Positions 49,266 to 59,351 of a stretch of DNA of 64,000 nt are shown here, in pieces. A program made the position numbers and the translations under genes. Origin of the DNA: an uncultured bacterium (GTDB taxonomy: Bacteria; Krumholzibacteriota; Krumholzibacteriia; Krumholzibacteriales; Krumholzibacteriaceae); NCBI GenBank assembly GCA_963786935.1, contig CAWBAN010000002.1, positions 384,001-448,000 on the forward strand, in the 5' to 3' direction. The notes beneath the pieces were generated by a model, which was given only the letters and a program-made list of their open reading frames with translations, had not been told where the DNA came from and did no database searches. Every line of letters starts with the position of its first letter. Position 1 is the stretch's first letter.

Positions 49266-49313
49266 GTTTCGGAACGCTGGATCATCGCGCGTCCGCCGAT
49301 TTTCGGGCAATGG

Positions 49314-49342
49314 TTGATTGCCGACTCGAGGGGGATTATAAT
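49314..49342 (+). promoter_or_regulatory. sigma70-type promoter of the ldt-lipoprotein operon
   Basis: TTGATT-N17-TATAAT. Confidence 0.65.
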
Positions 49343-49352
49343 GGCGGCGGTG

Positions 49353-50288
49353 ATGTGGGTGAGACCAAGGACACTAATCGTAATAGTCATACTCGCGGCC
49401 GCCAATTTGGGTGGAGTCCCCACCCGGTATCTTGCCGCGCCGGCTTCCACCGGACCCGGCGCCAAGACCACGCTCATCGGCCGGATCTACTGGCACACGG
49501 TTCAGCCGGACGAGACTCTCCTGGACATCGCGAGAAAATACGACTTGGCGATAACCGTGCTGCAGGAGTTCTATCCAACGGTGGATCCGTGGCTGCTCGA
49601 GGAGGGGAGCACTATGCAGATTCCGGCGCTGTGGATTCTCCCCGAGGCGAAGGGGGAGGGCATCCTCATCAATGTGCCGGAGCTGCGCCTCTACTATTTT
49701 ATCGCAAAGTACGGGGCGGTCTGGACGTACCCCGTGACGATCGGGGAAAAGGAGACCCCGACGCCGATCGGGATGTTCCGCGTCGTCGAGAAAGAGGTCG
49801 ACCCGGTATGGAACATCCCCGTCAGACTGCAATACAAGTACAACCAAAAGAGCATGCCTCCGGGGGGAGACAACCCGATCGGGAAGTACTGGCTGGGTCT
49901 GTCCCGCGACCGGTACGGAATCCACGGGACCGATAACGCCTGGAGCGTGGGGCGCATCCTCAGCAACGGATGCGTCCGGCTCTATCCCGAGGACATGCAG
50001 AAGCTGTTTCCCGAGGTGCCGAAGGGGACGTTCGTCGACATCGTCTATCAGCCCGTAAAGTTCGGGTTCAAGAGAGACAAGATCTTCATTGAGGTTCACG
50101 AGGACATCTACGGCAGGATCAAGAACATGGAACGGCATGCTCGGGCCGTCGCGAAGAAGATGGGCATCGAGGATTCCGTGGACTGGGAAGAGGTTCAAAT
50201 GGCGCTCCATGACAAAAGCGGGGTTCCTGTTCCGGTGGGCACCCGATCGGAAGGGGGTGAGGGCGAACAGTCGTCGCGAAACCGGTGA
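49353..50288 (+). CDS. LysM + YkuD L,D-transpeptidase (ErfK/YbiS-like); start uncertain
   Basis: ETLLDIARKY (LysM), INVPELRLYY, YGIHGT...SNGCVRL catalytic motif. Confidence 0.9.
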   Translation: MWVRPRTLIVIVILAAANLGGVPTRYLAAPASTGPGAKTTLIGRIYWHTVQPDETLLDIARKYDLAITVLQEFYPTVDPWLLEEGSTMQIPALWILPEAKGEGILINVPELRLYYFIAKYGAVWTYPVTIGEKETPTPIGMFRVVEKEVDPVWNIPVRLQYKYNQKSMPPGGDNPIGKYWLGLSRDRYGIHGTDNAWSVGRILSNGCVRLYPEDMQKLFPEVPKGTFVDIVYQPVKFGFKRDKIFIEVHEDIYGRIKNMERHARAVAKKMGIEDSVDWEEVQMALHDKSGVPVPVGTRSEGGEGEQSSRNR

Positions 50289-50334
50289 ACGAGACGGACG
50301 TGCGAGATGTTTCGATTGAAGGGAGAAAGGGATT

Positions 50335-50679
50335 ATGAAATCACGCTTCATCATTGTCATGGCGCTTGCGCTCATGATGGCATTCATGATGAGCTGCGCC
50401 ACGACAGGCGACCTGAAGTCGCTTCAGGCGGAAGTCGATGCTGTTTCCTTGAAGGCCGATCAGGCAATGGCGAAGGCCGACCAGGCGTCTCGCGACGCGG
50501 CTGCCGCCACCGCGGCGGTTCAGGGCGCGCAGGCCGAGGCAGCCAGAGCCACGGAAACCGCGAACGCAGCGGCCGCTCGGGCGGACGAGGCGGCGGCTCG
50601 CGCGGAAGCCGCGGCGAAGCTCGCCGAGGACAACGCCAAGAAAGCGGAAGCTATCCTCTTGAAAGGGATGAGAAAGTAG
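50335..50679 (+). CDS. Lpp/OprI-like alanine-zipper lipoprotein ending in Lys
   Basis: Lipobox MMSC; Ala-rich coiled coil; C-terminus KGMRK. Confidence 0.8.
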   Translation: MKSRFIIVMALALMMAFMMSCATTGDLKSLQAEVDAVSLKADQAMAKADQASRDAAAATAAVQGAQAEAARATETANAAAARADEAAARAEAAAKLAEDNAKKAEAILLKGMRK

Positions 50680-50718
50680 AGAGAACGATTGATGAGTGAT
50701 GACACCCGGAGTCATACG

Positions 50719-50754
50719 AGAAGGCGGCGCCGATTTCGCTCGGCGCCGCCTTCT
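50719..50754. terminator. Strong hairpin between convergent genes (likely terminator)
   Basis: 15-bp perfect stem AGAAGGCGGCGCCGA / TCGGCGCCGCCTTCT with 6-nt loop. Confidence 0.75.
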
Positions 50755-50803
50755 TATGCCTGCCCTTCTTGAGCGCCCGCCGTGTGCCGCACCCGGCCCG
50801 CCA

Positions 50804-51343
50804 TTATGGTCTAATCTCCACCGACGTCCACGGAACGACGAGGTCCCAGATTTCTTCGATCTCGCTGTTCGTCAGGGCGATACAGCCGTTGGTCCAGTCG
50901 AAGAGATACTGCACGTCACCCATCCACAGCTGCTTGGTGCCCATACCGTGGATCATGATGTCGCCTCCGGGATCTACGCCGAGAGAATCGGCCCGCGTCA
51001 GGTCTTCGATGTTCGGGTAGGTAAGATGGAAAGCTCTGTGGTAGACGCTGTGGCGGGTTTTGTAATCGACGAAATAGAGTCCTTCGGGAGTCTTGTTGTC
51101 ACCTCGCATGACCTTCGGGCCGATAGGGTCGCGGCCCAAGGCCACTTTGTAGACCCCCACTATTCGATCCTGCCTGAGGAGCGTCATGGTTCGCTTCGAT
51201 TTCTCGATAATGATGCGATCCGCCGGGTCGATTGCCGTCGTCGATTGGTCGGCGGGCGCGGCGAAGGCGAGAGGACTGACAAGAAGGGCCACGGTGAATA
51301 CGAACCAGACGGCGGCTCTCATGGGGAGTATGCCTGTGCGCAT
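50804..51343 (-). CDS. YkuD-family L,D-transpeptidase (YafK/DpaA-like)
   Basis: GDNKTPEGLY, LTYPN..D, GGDIMIHG...WTNGCIAL; signal peptide; start approximate. Confidence 0.85.
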   Translation of the reverse strand: MRTGILPMRAAVWFVFTVALLVSPLAFAAPADQSTTAIDPADRIIIEKSKRTMTLLRQDRIVGVYKVALGRDPIGPKVMRGDNKTPEGLYFVDYKTRHSVYHRAFHLTYPNIEDLTRADSLGVDPGGDIMIHGMGTKQLWMGDVQYLFDWTNGCIALTNSEIEEIWDLVVPWTSVEIRP

Positions 51344-51491
51344 ATATGACCCCGATCGATGAAGGATCCCCGATGTTTCGATGGGGCGCCTCGCTTCTGA
51401 AAGCGGCGCCGCGCTCTTCACGGTGGATTTCTCTTCGGAAATATTGGCACGTCTCGGTCGAATTTTCTAGTCAATCTTCAAACGAGCTGCT

Positions 51492-51520
51492 TTGACATCA
51501 TGTCATTCCTCGATTAGAAT
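51492..51520 (+). promoter_or_regulatory. sigma70-type promoter upstream of gldA
   Basis: TTGACA-N17-TAGAAT. Confidence 0.7.
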
Positions 51521-51577
51521 CGGTAGCACCTGGTCGGGCGCGGGGCGGCGTTGTGCCAGGCAGCGAGGAGGAATCAC

Positions 51578-52663
51578 ATGTTGAACAAGATCCTGTTTCC
51601 CGGCAAGTACATTCAAGGCGCGGGCGCCCTTGCCGAATTGCCTTCCCTCGTCAAGCTGTTCGGCGCGCGGGGACTCATCCTCGCCTCGCCCACGCCGTAC
51701 CGGGAAATTCTCCCGCGGAGCGGCATGGATCTGAAGGCGCACGCGCTGACCGCCGAACGATTCGCCGGAGAGTGCTGTGAAAATGAGCTGTCCGGATTGG
51801 CCGCGATCATCCGGGAGAAGAAGGTGGATGTCATGGTGGGCATGGGCGGCGGAAAGACAATCGACTCGGCGAAGATCGCCGCGGACCGCGCGAACATACC
51901 CGTCCTGATCGTTCCCACCATCGCCTCGACCGACGCTCCATGCAGCGGATGCGCCGTGACGTATTCCGAGCAGGGCGTGTTCGAAGCGGTTCATTATCAG
52001 AAATCTAATCCGGCGGCCGTTCTCGTCGATACGGAGATTATCGTCAAGGCCCCTGTCCGTTTTCTCATGGCCGGTATGGGCGATGCGCTGTCCACATGGT
52101 TTGAAGCGAAATCCTGCAGGGATACGCAGTCGGTGAACGAATGCGGCGGACTCGGCACGCAGGCCGCGCTCGGCATCGCGAGGCTCTGCTATGACACGTT
52201 GCTCCGATACGGCGCGGCCGCCAAAATCGCGGCCGAGCGGCACATCGTCACGGCGGCTTTCGAACACATTGTGGAGGCGAATACCCTCTTGAGCGGAATC
52301 GGCTTTGAAAGCGGCGGCCTGGCGAGCGCCCACGCCATTCACAACGGGCTCACCGCGCTGGAAGAAACGCACGCGTATTACCATGGCGAAAAAGTGGCCT
52401 TCGGCGTATTGGCCGGGCTCCAGCTCGTCGACGCACCGCCGGAAGAATCGGCCGGCGTTTTCTCCTTCTGCGAGGATATGGGCCTGCCCACCACCTTTGC
52501 CGACCTCGGTCTCGGGAAGCCGGATCGCGAGCGACTCATGCTCGTCGCGGAAAAGGCCTGCGCCCCGGGCGCGAGCATTCATCATGAAGCGGGAACGATA
52601 ACGCCGGAGAAAGTCCTTCAGGCTATGCTGGCGGCTGACGCAATCGGAGAGCACCGGAAGTAA
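51578..52663 (+). CDS. gldA: Glycerol dehydrogenase
   Basis: FPGKYIQG, GGGKTID, PTIASTDAPCS, AHAIHNGLT, HGEKVAFG motifs; SD GAGGAGG. Confidence 0.9.
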   Translation: MLNKILFPGKYIQGAGALAELPSLVKLFGARGLILASPTPYREILPRSGMDLKAHALTAERFAGECCENELSGLAAIIREKKVDVMVGMGGGKTIDSAKIAADRANIPVLIVPTIASTDAPCSGCAVTYSEQGVFEAVHYQKSNPAAVLVDTEIIVKAPVRFLMAGMGDALSTWFEAKSCRDTQSVNECGGLGTQAALGIARLCYDTLLRYGAAAKIAAERHIVTAAFEHIVEANTLLSGIGFESGGLASAHAIHNGLTALEETHAYYHGEKVAFGVLAGLQLVDAPPEESAGVFSFCEDMGLPTTFADLGLGKPDRERLMLVAEKACAPGASIHHEAGTITPEKVLQAMLAADAIGEHRK

Positions 52664-52717
52664 CAGTCACCTTCACGGCCTCGTCATGACGCCGAGCCGT
52701 CGAACGAGGAGAACCGC

Positions 52718-54157
52718 ATGGAGAACACCGCGCTCGTCCTGTCCGTCATCGTCACGTATCTCGTGCTCCTCATATCGTGGGGGCTTTATCAGGGAAGGAA
52801 AGTGAAGACGGGATCGGACTATTCGATCGCCGGGCGGAATCTCCCGGGGTGGGCGGCGGCGCTCTCCGAGCGCGCCACGGGAGAATCGTCGTGGGCGCTG
52901 CTCGGGCTTCCGGGGGCCGCGTACGCCGGAGGGCTCCTCGAAGTGTGGACGGCCGTCGGGTGCGTCGCGGGGATCGCGACCGCGTGGGGCGCCATCGCCT
53001 GGAGGCTGCGGGACGAAGCCGCGACCTATCAGGTGAACACCTTTTCCGAGTACATCGCGAGACGCCACGGCGATATGGAGAAATGGATCCGCGTCGCGGG
53101 GAGCTTCACGATCGTTTTCTTCTTCTTCTTTTACGTGGGGGCGCAGTTTCTCGGCGGCGGGAAGACGGCCCATACGCTCTTCGGCGTCGATCCCCGTCTG
53201 GGAATGCTCATCACGGCGGCGATCATCGTGCCCTATACGATCTACGGCGGTTTCCTGAGCGTCGTCTACACGGATGTCGTGCAGGCGATCCTGATGATCG
53301 TGACGCTCGTCGTGGGGCCGATCGCGGGCATCGTCTACATTCTCAACGAGCCCGGCGTTTTTGCGAGCTCCATCCCCGCGGCCCTGCGGGCGGCAGGGCC
53401 TTCGTATTGCTCGTTCACGGGCGCGCTGTCGGGATTCGCCGCGGGGGCGGCGATCATGGGCGGGTTCTCGTGGTTCTTCGGCTACCTCGGCGGGCAGCCG
53501 CAGCTCAGCATCAGGTTCATGGCGATCAAGGATTCGGTCCATGCGCGGCGCGCGCGCAACATCGGGATCGCGTGGACCGTTCTCGCGTACCTCGGGGCGC
53601 TGGCGATCGGCTGGATCGGGATCGCGATATTCGGCCCGAATAAGCTCGAGGACCCCGAGGTGGTGATGCCGCTCGTCATGTTCAGGGTGTTCCCCGACAT
53701 CATCGCGGCGATCCTCGTGACGGGGGCCATTGCGGCGATGATATCGACCGCGGATTCGCTGCTCATCCTCTCCTCGACCGAGCTCTCGGAGAATCTCATC
53801 AAGCCGCTCGGCGGCGGCGGAACGATGAGCGGGCTCGCCCGCTCGAGGATAACGACCGCCGCTCTCGCGGCGATCGCGCTCGCGGTCGCCTATATCTCCC
53901 CGTCGAAGGTGATCTACACGATCGTGGGATTCGTGTGGGCGGGGATCGGAGGGACCTTCTCCGTGGTCGTGCTGCTCACGCTCTTCTGGAAGAGGTACCA
54001 CGGGCGGGCCGTGCTCTGCACCATCGTCGGCGGTCTGCTCTTCACCATCGTGTGGCAGGGCGCCGGCATGGAGCCGGTCCTCACGGCGCGAGTCGCGACG
54101 TTCGCCTTCTCGATGCTCACGGCCGTTGTCGCGACCGTTGCGCTGCCGCGGGCGTGA
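52718..54157 (+). CDS. Sodium:solute symporter (PutP-like)
   Basis: DYSIAGR.L, LLGLPG.AY, YGGF.SVVYTD, GQPQ..IRFMA, AAMISTADS motifs. Confidence 0.9.
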   Translation: MENTALVLSVIVTYLVLLISWGLYQGRKVKTGSDYSIAGRNLPGWAAALSERATGESSWALLGLPGAAYAGGLLEVWTAVGCVAGIATAWGAIAWRLRDEAATYQVNTFSEYIARRHGDMEKWIRVAGSFTIVFFFFFYVGAQFLGGGKTAHTLFGVDPRLGMLITAAIIVPYTIYGGFLSVVYTDVVQAILMIVTLVVGPIAGIVYILNEPGVFASSIPAALRAAGPSYCSFTGALSGFAAGAAIMGGFSWFFGYLGGQPQLSIRFMAIKDSVHARRARNIGIAWTVLAYLGALAIGWIGIAIFGPNKLEDPEVVMPLVMFRVFPDIIAAILVTGAIAAMISTADSLLILSSTELSENLIKPLGGGGTMSGLARSRITTAALAAIALAVAYISPSKVIYTIVGFVWAGIGGTFSVVVLLTLFWKRYHGRAVLCTIVGGLLFTIVWQGAGMEPVLTARVATFAFSMLTAVVATVALPRA

Positions 54158-54242
54158 GCACGGCCGGTTTGCGGCTGATTGGTGGCGTTTCAATCGGTAT
54201 CGCTCCGTTGACCGCTCACAACTCCTTGGCTCTTTTTCAATT

Positions 54243-54271
54243 TTGACATTGTGCCGCATCTCGATTAGAGT
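54243..54271 (+). promoter_or_regulatory. sigma70-type promoter upstream of the kinase gene
   Basis: TTGACA-N17-TAGAGT. Confidence 0.6.
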
Positions 54272-54350
54272 GGTTCTCAGTTGATTCGGCTCACAAGGGA
54301 AACGCCTTATGCGGGATAGTCGACGCGGTGAACCGCCGCGAGGGGATCTC

Positions 54351-57257
54351 ATGATCGGACGGACGATTTCTCATTACAAGATCCTCGAGAAGCTCGGCGA
54401 GGGGGGGATGGGTGTTGTCTACAAAGCCCAGGACGTCAAGCTCGACCGCTTCGTGGCAATCAAGGTTCTCGCCCCGCACCTGAGCCGCGATAAGGAAGCG
54501 ACCGCCCGCTTTATCCACGAGGCGAAGGCCGCTAGCGCCCTCGATCACTCCCATATCGGAACGATCCACGACATCGACGAGACCTCCGACGGGCAGACCT
54601 TCATCGTGATGGCCTGTTATGAGGGCGAAACGCTGCACGACCGCATGAAGCGGGGGAGAGTTACGACCGAAGAGGCGCTCACCGTCGTCTCCCAGATAGC
54701 CTCGGGATTGGCGAAGGCTCACGAGAAGGGGATCGTTCACCGGGACATCAAGCCGGCCAATATCATGGTCACGAGAGATGGCGTCGTGAAGATTCTCGAC
54801 TTTGGGCTCGCGAAGCTCGCGGGTCAGACGAAGCTCACGAGGACAGGGAGTTCGCTCGGGACGGTGGCGTATATGTCTCCGGAGCAGGCGCGGGGCCGGG
54901 AGGTGGACGAGAGGTCGGATATCTTCTCGCTCGGAGTCTTGCTCTATGAATTGCTTGCCGGACAGCTACCGTTCAAGGGGGAGCACGAGGCGGCGGTGCT
55001 CTATGAAATCGTTCACGAAGAGCCGGAGCCGCTCTCGACTCGCCAAGAGGGCATTCCCGAGGCGCTGCGGCGCATTGTCGGCAAGGCCCTCGAGAAGGAC
55101 GTCAAGGCCAGATACCAGACAGCCCTCGATATGAAGAACGATCTCGATGAGTTAAAGGGGGCGAGCGCGGCAAGCGCGGCCGGGCGCGCCAAAGTCCTCA
55201 AGCCCCGCGGAGCCGGGAGAAGAACCAGGCTTTGGATTTCCTTTGCGCTCATCGCGATAGTGATCGCAGTCGGCGCGACGGCTCTCGTCCGCATGCGCTC
55301 TTCGGGAGAGGCTCCGGCGGCGAAAGATTTCTTGATGGCCGTAATGGATTTTCGCAACCTCGCGAATCCAAGCGATACTGCAACGGCAATCGGCCTCAGG
55401 ACCCTTGTGGAGCTGGGGCTCACACAGAGCAGTCCCATACGTCCAATCAGCCACGATCTCCTCTATGATCGGCGTCGCCATCTCTTCGGATCCGGACGCG
55501 GCTCCATTGGGAATGATCAAGTCCTTGAAGTCGCGAGAGACGTTGGGTCGACGCTATATCTTACTGCCCAAATCCTGGGGACAGGCGCGGAGCAATTCAT
55601 CGCGTGGAGTCTCGTGGACACGAAGAGCGGCAAGAATCTCGGTGCGGACAAAGTAGAAGGGACATCGCTGAATGAGCTCGCGGATGCGATCGTGCGGGGC
55701 GTTCTGCCTCTGCTTGCGACGAGGGCCGGCAGCAGGCCGGTTGAATCGCCGCCATCGGTCGATGACCTTGCGACATCGTCAGAAGTGGCATACAGACACT
55801 ACACTGGAGGTGTTCTCGCGCTAGAACGGCCCGGTAATGAACCGGACGCGATAGCTGAACTCAATAAGGCCGTCCAGCTTGACTCGACTTTTGCGCTCGC
55901 CCATTTTCGCCTTGCCAGGGCCTATTTTGATTTGTCAGGTGGACACTCCCAGGCTGGATTGCCGAGGGCGTATGCCGAAAAGGCATGGGCGCACCGGGAT
56001 CGCATGGGTATCAAGGACCGAATGGCGCTGGAGGCATTCAGGGAGCAGATAAGTAATAACGTGCCTGGTGCTATTGAGACCTACAGGGAAATTCATTCGC
56101 GCTGGCCCGATGATCTCGAGACTCTCAAGAACCTCACGCAGTATTCAATCTTCTATTGGTATTTCGAAGACGCCTTGAAGTTGAGCAAAGAGGGGCTCGA
56201 TTTGTATCCCGATGAGGAAGCCTTTGAAACATACTACCCGGCTAGTCTCTCATGGCTTGGGCGCCCGCGGGAAGCGCTTGAGGCCTCTCTGGCCTTCGTG
56301 CGGAATGATCCGGGAAACACTGCTTTGCAGGATGAGCTGTGCTGTCGCTACCTCGAGTTGGGCATGCCGGATAGCGCGGAAGCTATCAGCCGGCGGATAT
56401 TGCGCGCCGATCCCGACAATGTGGAATTTCTTGCGATCATCGCTGACTGTGCTTATGCCCGGGGGGATGTGAACCGCTCCATTGAACTGCTCGAGCAGCT
56501 CATGAAGCGTCCAGATGTTTCAGACGATTGGCGTGTCGGCAGGTTCGTCGTGGGGTTCGGACCCGGGCTCGTCCAGCTTCCTCTTGAGATCGGCCGTTTC
56601 CATAAGGCATTTCAACTCCTTGCAGCAGCCCAAAAATGTGCCGCAGATACGAATAGTGTTTCATTTCGAGGCTTGCTGTTAACGGCCGAGGGGCAAGCCG
56701 AAGAAGCTGCGAAAGTAGCCCGACGGGCCATTGAACGCTGTGGCGATACTCCCGCTGCTTCTTGGTGGAGATACTGCTTGATAGAGGCATTGGTCGCGGC
56801 CGATTCGGTTGCAGAGGCTCGATCGGTGCTTGCCGATATCAACAAGCGCTATGACAACTATATACGCCCTACCAAGTGTTTGGCTTTGCTATCTTCAAGC
56901 ACTGTCTCGCTCGCTGAAGGAGATGGCGAAGGGGCATTGAAACCTATGCGCGAACTCGAGAAGTTCGCCAGACCCGCACGCCATGGTAATGCGATCCAAT
57001 ACCGTGAAACTCTTGCTCGCGCGTATTGGAAGTCCGGTCGTCTCAAAGAAGCAGCCGACGCGTACAAGGATCTGTTGAATGTATTCGGCGGTCACGCGAT
57101 TTCTCACTACGAGCTCGGCCAAGTCTACGAGCAGATGAAGCGGCCGGCGGATGCGCAGAGGGAGTATTCGAGATTCCTCGAAATGTGCGCGCAGGCGGAC
57201 AGAGGTTGGCCGCCGGTCGAGGACGCGAAGTTAAGGATATCGCGACTCACTTCATGA
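54351..57257 (+). CDS. Hanks-type Ser/Thr protein kinase with TM helix and TPR-rich C-terminal region
   Basis: GEGGMGVVY, VAIK, HRDIKPAN, DFGLA, YMSPEQ motifs; TM WISFALIAIVIAVGATAL; TPR-like helices. Confidence 0.93.
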   Translation: MIGRTISHYKILEKLGEGGMGVVYKAQDVKLDRFVAIKVLAPHLSRDKEATARFIHEAKAASALDHSHIGTIHDIDETSDGQTFIVMACYEGETLHDRMKRGRVTTEEALTVVSQIASGLAKAHEKGIVHRDIKPANIMVTRDGVVKILDFGLAKLAGQTKLTRTGSSLGTVAYMSPEQARGREVDERSDIFSLGVLLYELLAGQLPFKGEHEAAVLYEIVHEEPEPLSTRQEGIPEALRRIVGKALEKDVKARYQTALDMKNDLDELKGASAASAAGRAKVLKPRGAGRRTRLWISFALIAIVIAVGATALVRMRSSGEAPAAKDFLMAVMDFRNLANPSDTATAIGLRTLVELGLTQSSPIRPISHDLLYDRRRHLFGSGRGSIGNDQVLEVARDVGSTLYLTAQILGTGAEQFIAWSLVDTKSGKNLGADKVEGTSLNELADAIVRGVLPLLATRAGSRPVESPPSVDDLATSSEVAYRHYTGGVLALERPGNEPDAIAELNKAVQLDSTFALAHFRLARAYFDLSGGHSQAGLPRAYAEKAWAHRDRMGIKDRMALEAFREQISNNVPGAIETYREIHSRWPDDLETLKNLTQYSIFYWYFEDALKLSKEGLDLYPDEEAFETYYPASLSWLGRPREALEASLAFVRNDPGNTALQDELCCRYLELGMPDSAEAISRRILRADPDNVEFLAIIADCAYARGDVNRSIELLEQLMKRPDVSDDWRVGRFVVGFGPGLVQLPLEIGRFHKAFQLLAAAQKCAADTNSVSFRGLLLTAEGQAEEAAKVARRAIERCGDTPAASWWRYCLIEALVAADSVAEARSVLADINKRYDNYIRPTKCLALLSSSTVSLAEGDGEGALKPMRELEKFARPARHGNAIQYRETLARAYWKSGRLKEAADAYKDLLNVFGGHAISHYELGQVYEQMKRPADAQREYSRFLEMCAQADRGWPPVEDAKLRISRLTS

Positions 57258-59199
57258 GCGTCTTGTCGATCCACGCTAGAAAGGCGCGAATCGTCTCGTC
57301 GTTCGGGCTCTCGTGCCCCTTGTCGGCTTCCGGATGAAATTGAACCGATGCGCCCGCGCGTTTGAGCTTGGCGACGAATTGCTCGGTATCGCCGTACGGC
57401 ACGTTCAGGTCGCGCGTGCCGTGAAAGATGAAGACCGGCACCCCCTTGAATCTCTTGAGGTTCTCCTTCTGTGTGAAATCGATGAGCTTGGCGTCAGGAG
57501 GGGGAGTGCCAAGTGCCATTCTGGGAGCACCCGAGAATACGGCTATCGCCCTGAACGTTCCGGGAGTCTCATAGAAGGTGCGGTAAACGCCGTAGCCCCC
57601 CATCGAAAATCCGGCAAGGAAGATATTGCGCTCGTCGATGGGGAAATTCTCCTTCACGGATTGGATCGCTTCCGCGATATCGGTCTGCGCGTTGTCCCAG
57701 CTGTAGCAGTTCGATGGCCCTCGGCCGCGCGGACCGAGCGCGATGAAGCCCTCGGGGATCGCCCTCCGCCAACCCCTGATGTCGGATTCCGTCGACGCGC
57801 TCCCATGAAGGAAAACGAGCAGCGGGTATTTCGCGTTCGGATCGAAATCCTTCGGTATCCATACCACGTACGGTTGAAACGTGTCGTCGAGCTTCGAGCG
57901 GTAGGCCATCCGAACGAATTCCCGCTGATCGGCGAACTTGTCTTCGCCCGCCTCGGACGCCTCGATGTAGTCGATCAGCCGGGCGACCCTGATGCGCGGG
58001 GCGGCGGCGGTCTCATACGGGTAGAGCTCTCCGAGATCCGCTCCGATCTCTTCGATCGTGAATTCGAGGGTCGTGCGGCTTCCCGGCGAGAGCGATCCGC
58101 GCGCGCCGTCGAGGCGGCGCCTCAGCGCCGCGGCATCGAACGCCGGGAGGATCGAGAAGCCCGATTCCCCCTTGGATTCGTTGTTCTGCGAGAGCCATTT
58201 CGCGACGTAGCCGCCCGGCGGCTGCTTGTACGATTTCACGATGAGATCCTCGAAGGTGAGCCCCGGTCCGCATTCATAGCTGACTAACACGTAATCGATG
58301 TTCGTTTTCTCGCCCGCCCGCGTGAAGACGACCAGATCTTCCTTGGTCGGCTGCGAAGCGACCGTGACCGCGCGCGCGTGCAGCGTATCTCCTTCGGATA
58401 TGTTGTTTCGATCGAGGAGCACGAACGTCTGCGGATCGCCCGCGTGATGCGGTGGCTCGAACTGGAGCAGCGCGTACTCGCGCGGGCTGTTCTCGTCCCC
58501 GATGCCCGCGTCGACGACCCGGTAGGAATTCACGCCCTTTTCTCCGACCGCCTTGTTCATGGCGAGATTGAAGCCGATTCCGTCGCTCAGCCAGGGATGG
58601 TAGGGATGGACGTCGCTCCAGGGGAGGAGGAGCTCGAAGGCGATCGTGCCGTTCCCGTCAAGGAAGGCCGCCTTGGTGTCGTCGCTCGTCGGGATGAAGA
58701 TGTTATCGACGTTGTAGTACCAGAATATCTTCCTCGTCCAATCCATGCTCTCCCGATCGACCGCGGAGCATGCGAGCACGTAGAACTCTCTCGTCGGCGC
58801 GTTTCCCGGCGCCGGATGAGTCAGGACGAGGGCGAATCCGTCCCCGTTCTGATACGCCCGGTCGCGGTACGTGAGCGCTTCCGCCTCGATCTCGATATAG
58901 ACGTACAGGAATTGCGCGCCGTACGCGAGACGGTAGCTCAGCGCAAAATCCGGATTGCCCGATGTGGATTTTTCGACCAGATTGAAACGTCGAACCGGCA
59001 GATCCCGCAGGGAGGCGTCGAGCACCCCATCTATCGCCGGCGCCTGTGATAGGTACGTGACCGCGGGCTCGACGACGGCCGGCGATTCGGCGAATTTCAC
59101 CGTCTCCCATCCATTCGCTGCTCCCGAAATGCACATCGCCGCGCATGCGGCGAAGGAGACCGCAATCCCCTGCAATCGACAGTAATGGCGCGATTTCAT
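57247..59199 (-). CDS. Secreted CBM9/DOMON-like + alpha/beta-hydrolase (esterase/peptidase) protein
   Basis: Signal peptide; APAIDGVLD and FELLLPW (CBM9-like); VFLHG, GFSMGG nucleophile elbow, HGTRD..VP, GH. Confidence 0.8.
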   Translation of the reverse strand: MKSRHYCRLQGIAVSFAACAAMCISGAANGWETVKFAESPAVVEPAVTYLSQAPAIDGVLDASLRDLPVRRFNLVEKSTSGNPDFALSYRLAYGAQFLYVYIEIEAEALTYRDRAYQNGDGFALVLTHPAPGNAPTREFYVLACSAVDRESMDWTRKIFWYYNVDNIFIPTSDDTKAAFLDGNGTIAFELLLPWSDVHPYHPWLSDGIGFNLAMNKAVGEKGVNSYRVVDAGIGDENSPREYALLQFEPPHHAGDPQTFVLLDRNNISEGDTLHARAVTVASQPTKEDLVVFTRAGEKTNIDYVLVSYECGPGLTFEDLIVKSYKQPPGGYVAKWLSQNNESKGESGFSILPAFDAAALRRRLDGARGSLSPGSRTTLEFTIEEIGADLGELYPYETAAAPRIRVARLIDYIEASEAGEDKFADQREFVRMAYRSKLDDTFQPYVVWIPKDFDPNAKYPLLVFLHGSASTESDIRGWRRAIPEGFIALGPRGRGPSNCYSWDNAQTDIAEAIQSVKENFPIDERNIFLAGFSMGGYGVYRTFYETPGTFRAIAVFSGAPRMALGTPPPDAKLIDFTQKENLKRFKGVPVFIFHGTRDLNVPYGDTEQFVAKLKRAGASVQFHPEADKGHESPNDETIRAFLAWIDKTLMK

Positions 59200-59351
59200 A
59201 TTGGCTGCCTCCGGCGGGTGAGGAAACGTTTGTCTTCTCGGTGGTATTTGCTTGTACGTGCGCGTGGAACGAAGGTTTCAGCTTTCTTCACTTGCAGTTC
59301 GGCACGGCGGCGTTCCCCTCTGATGAATGCCGCCCCGTGAAGCCTGTCCTC

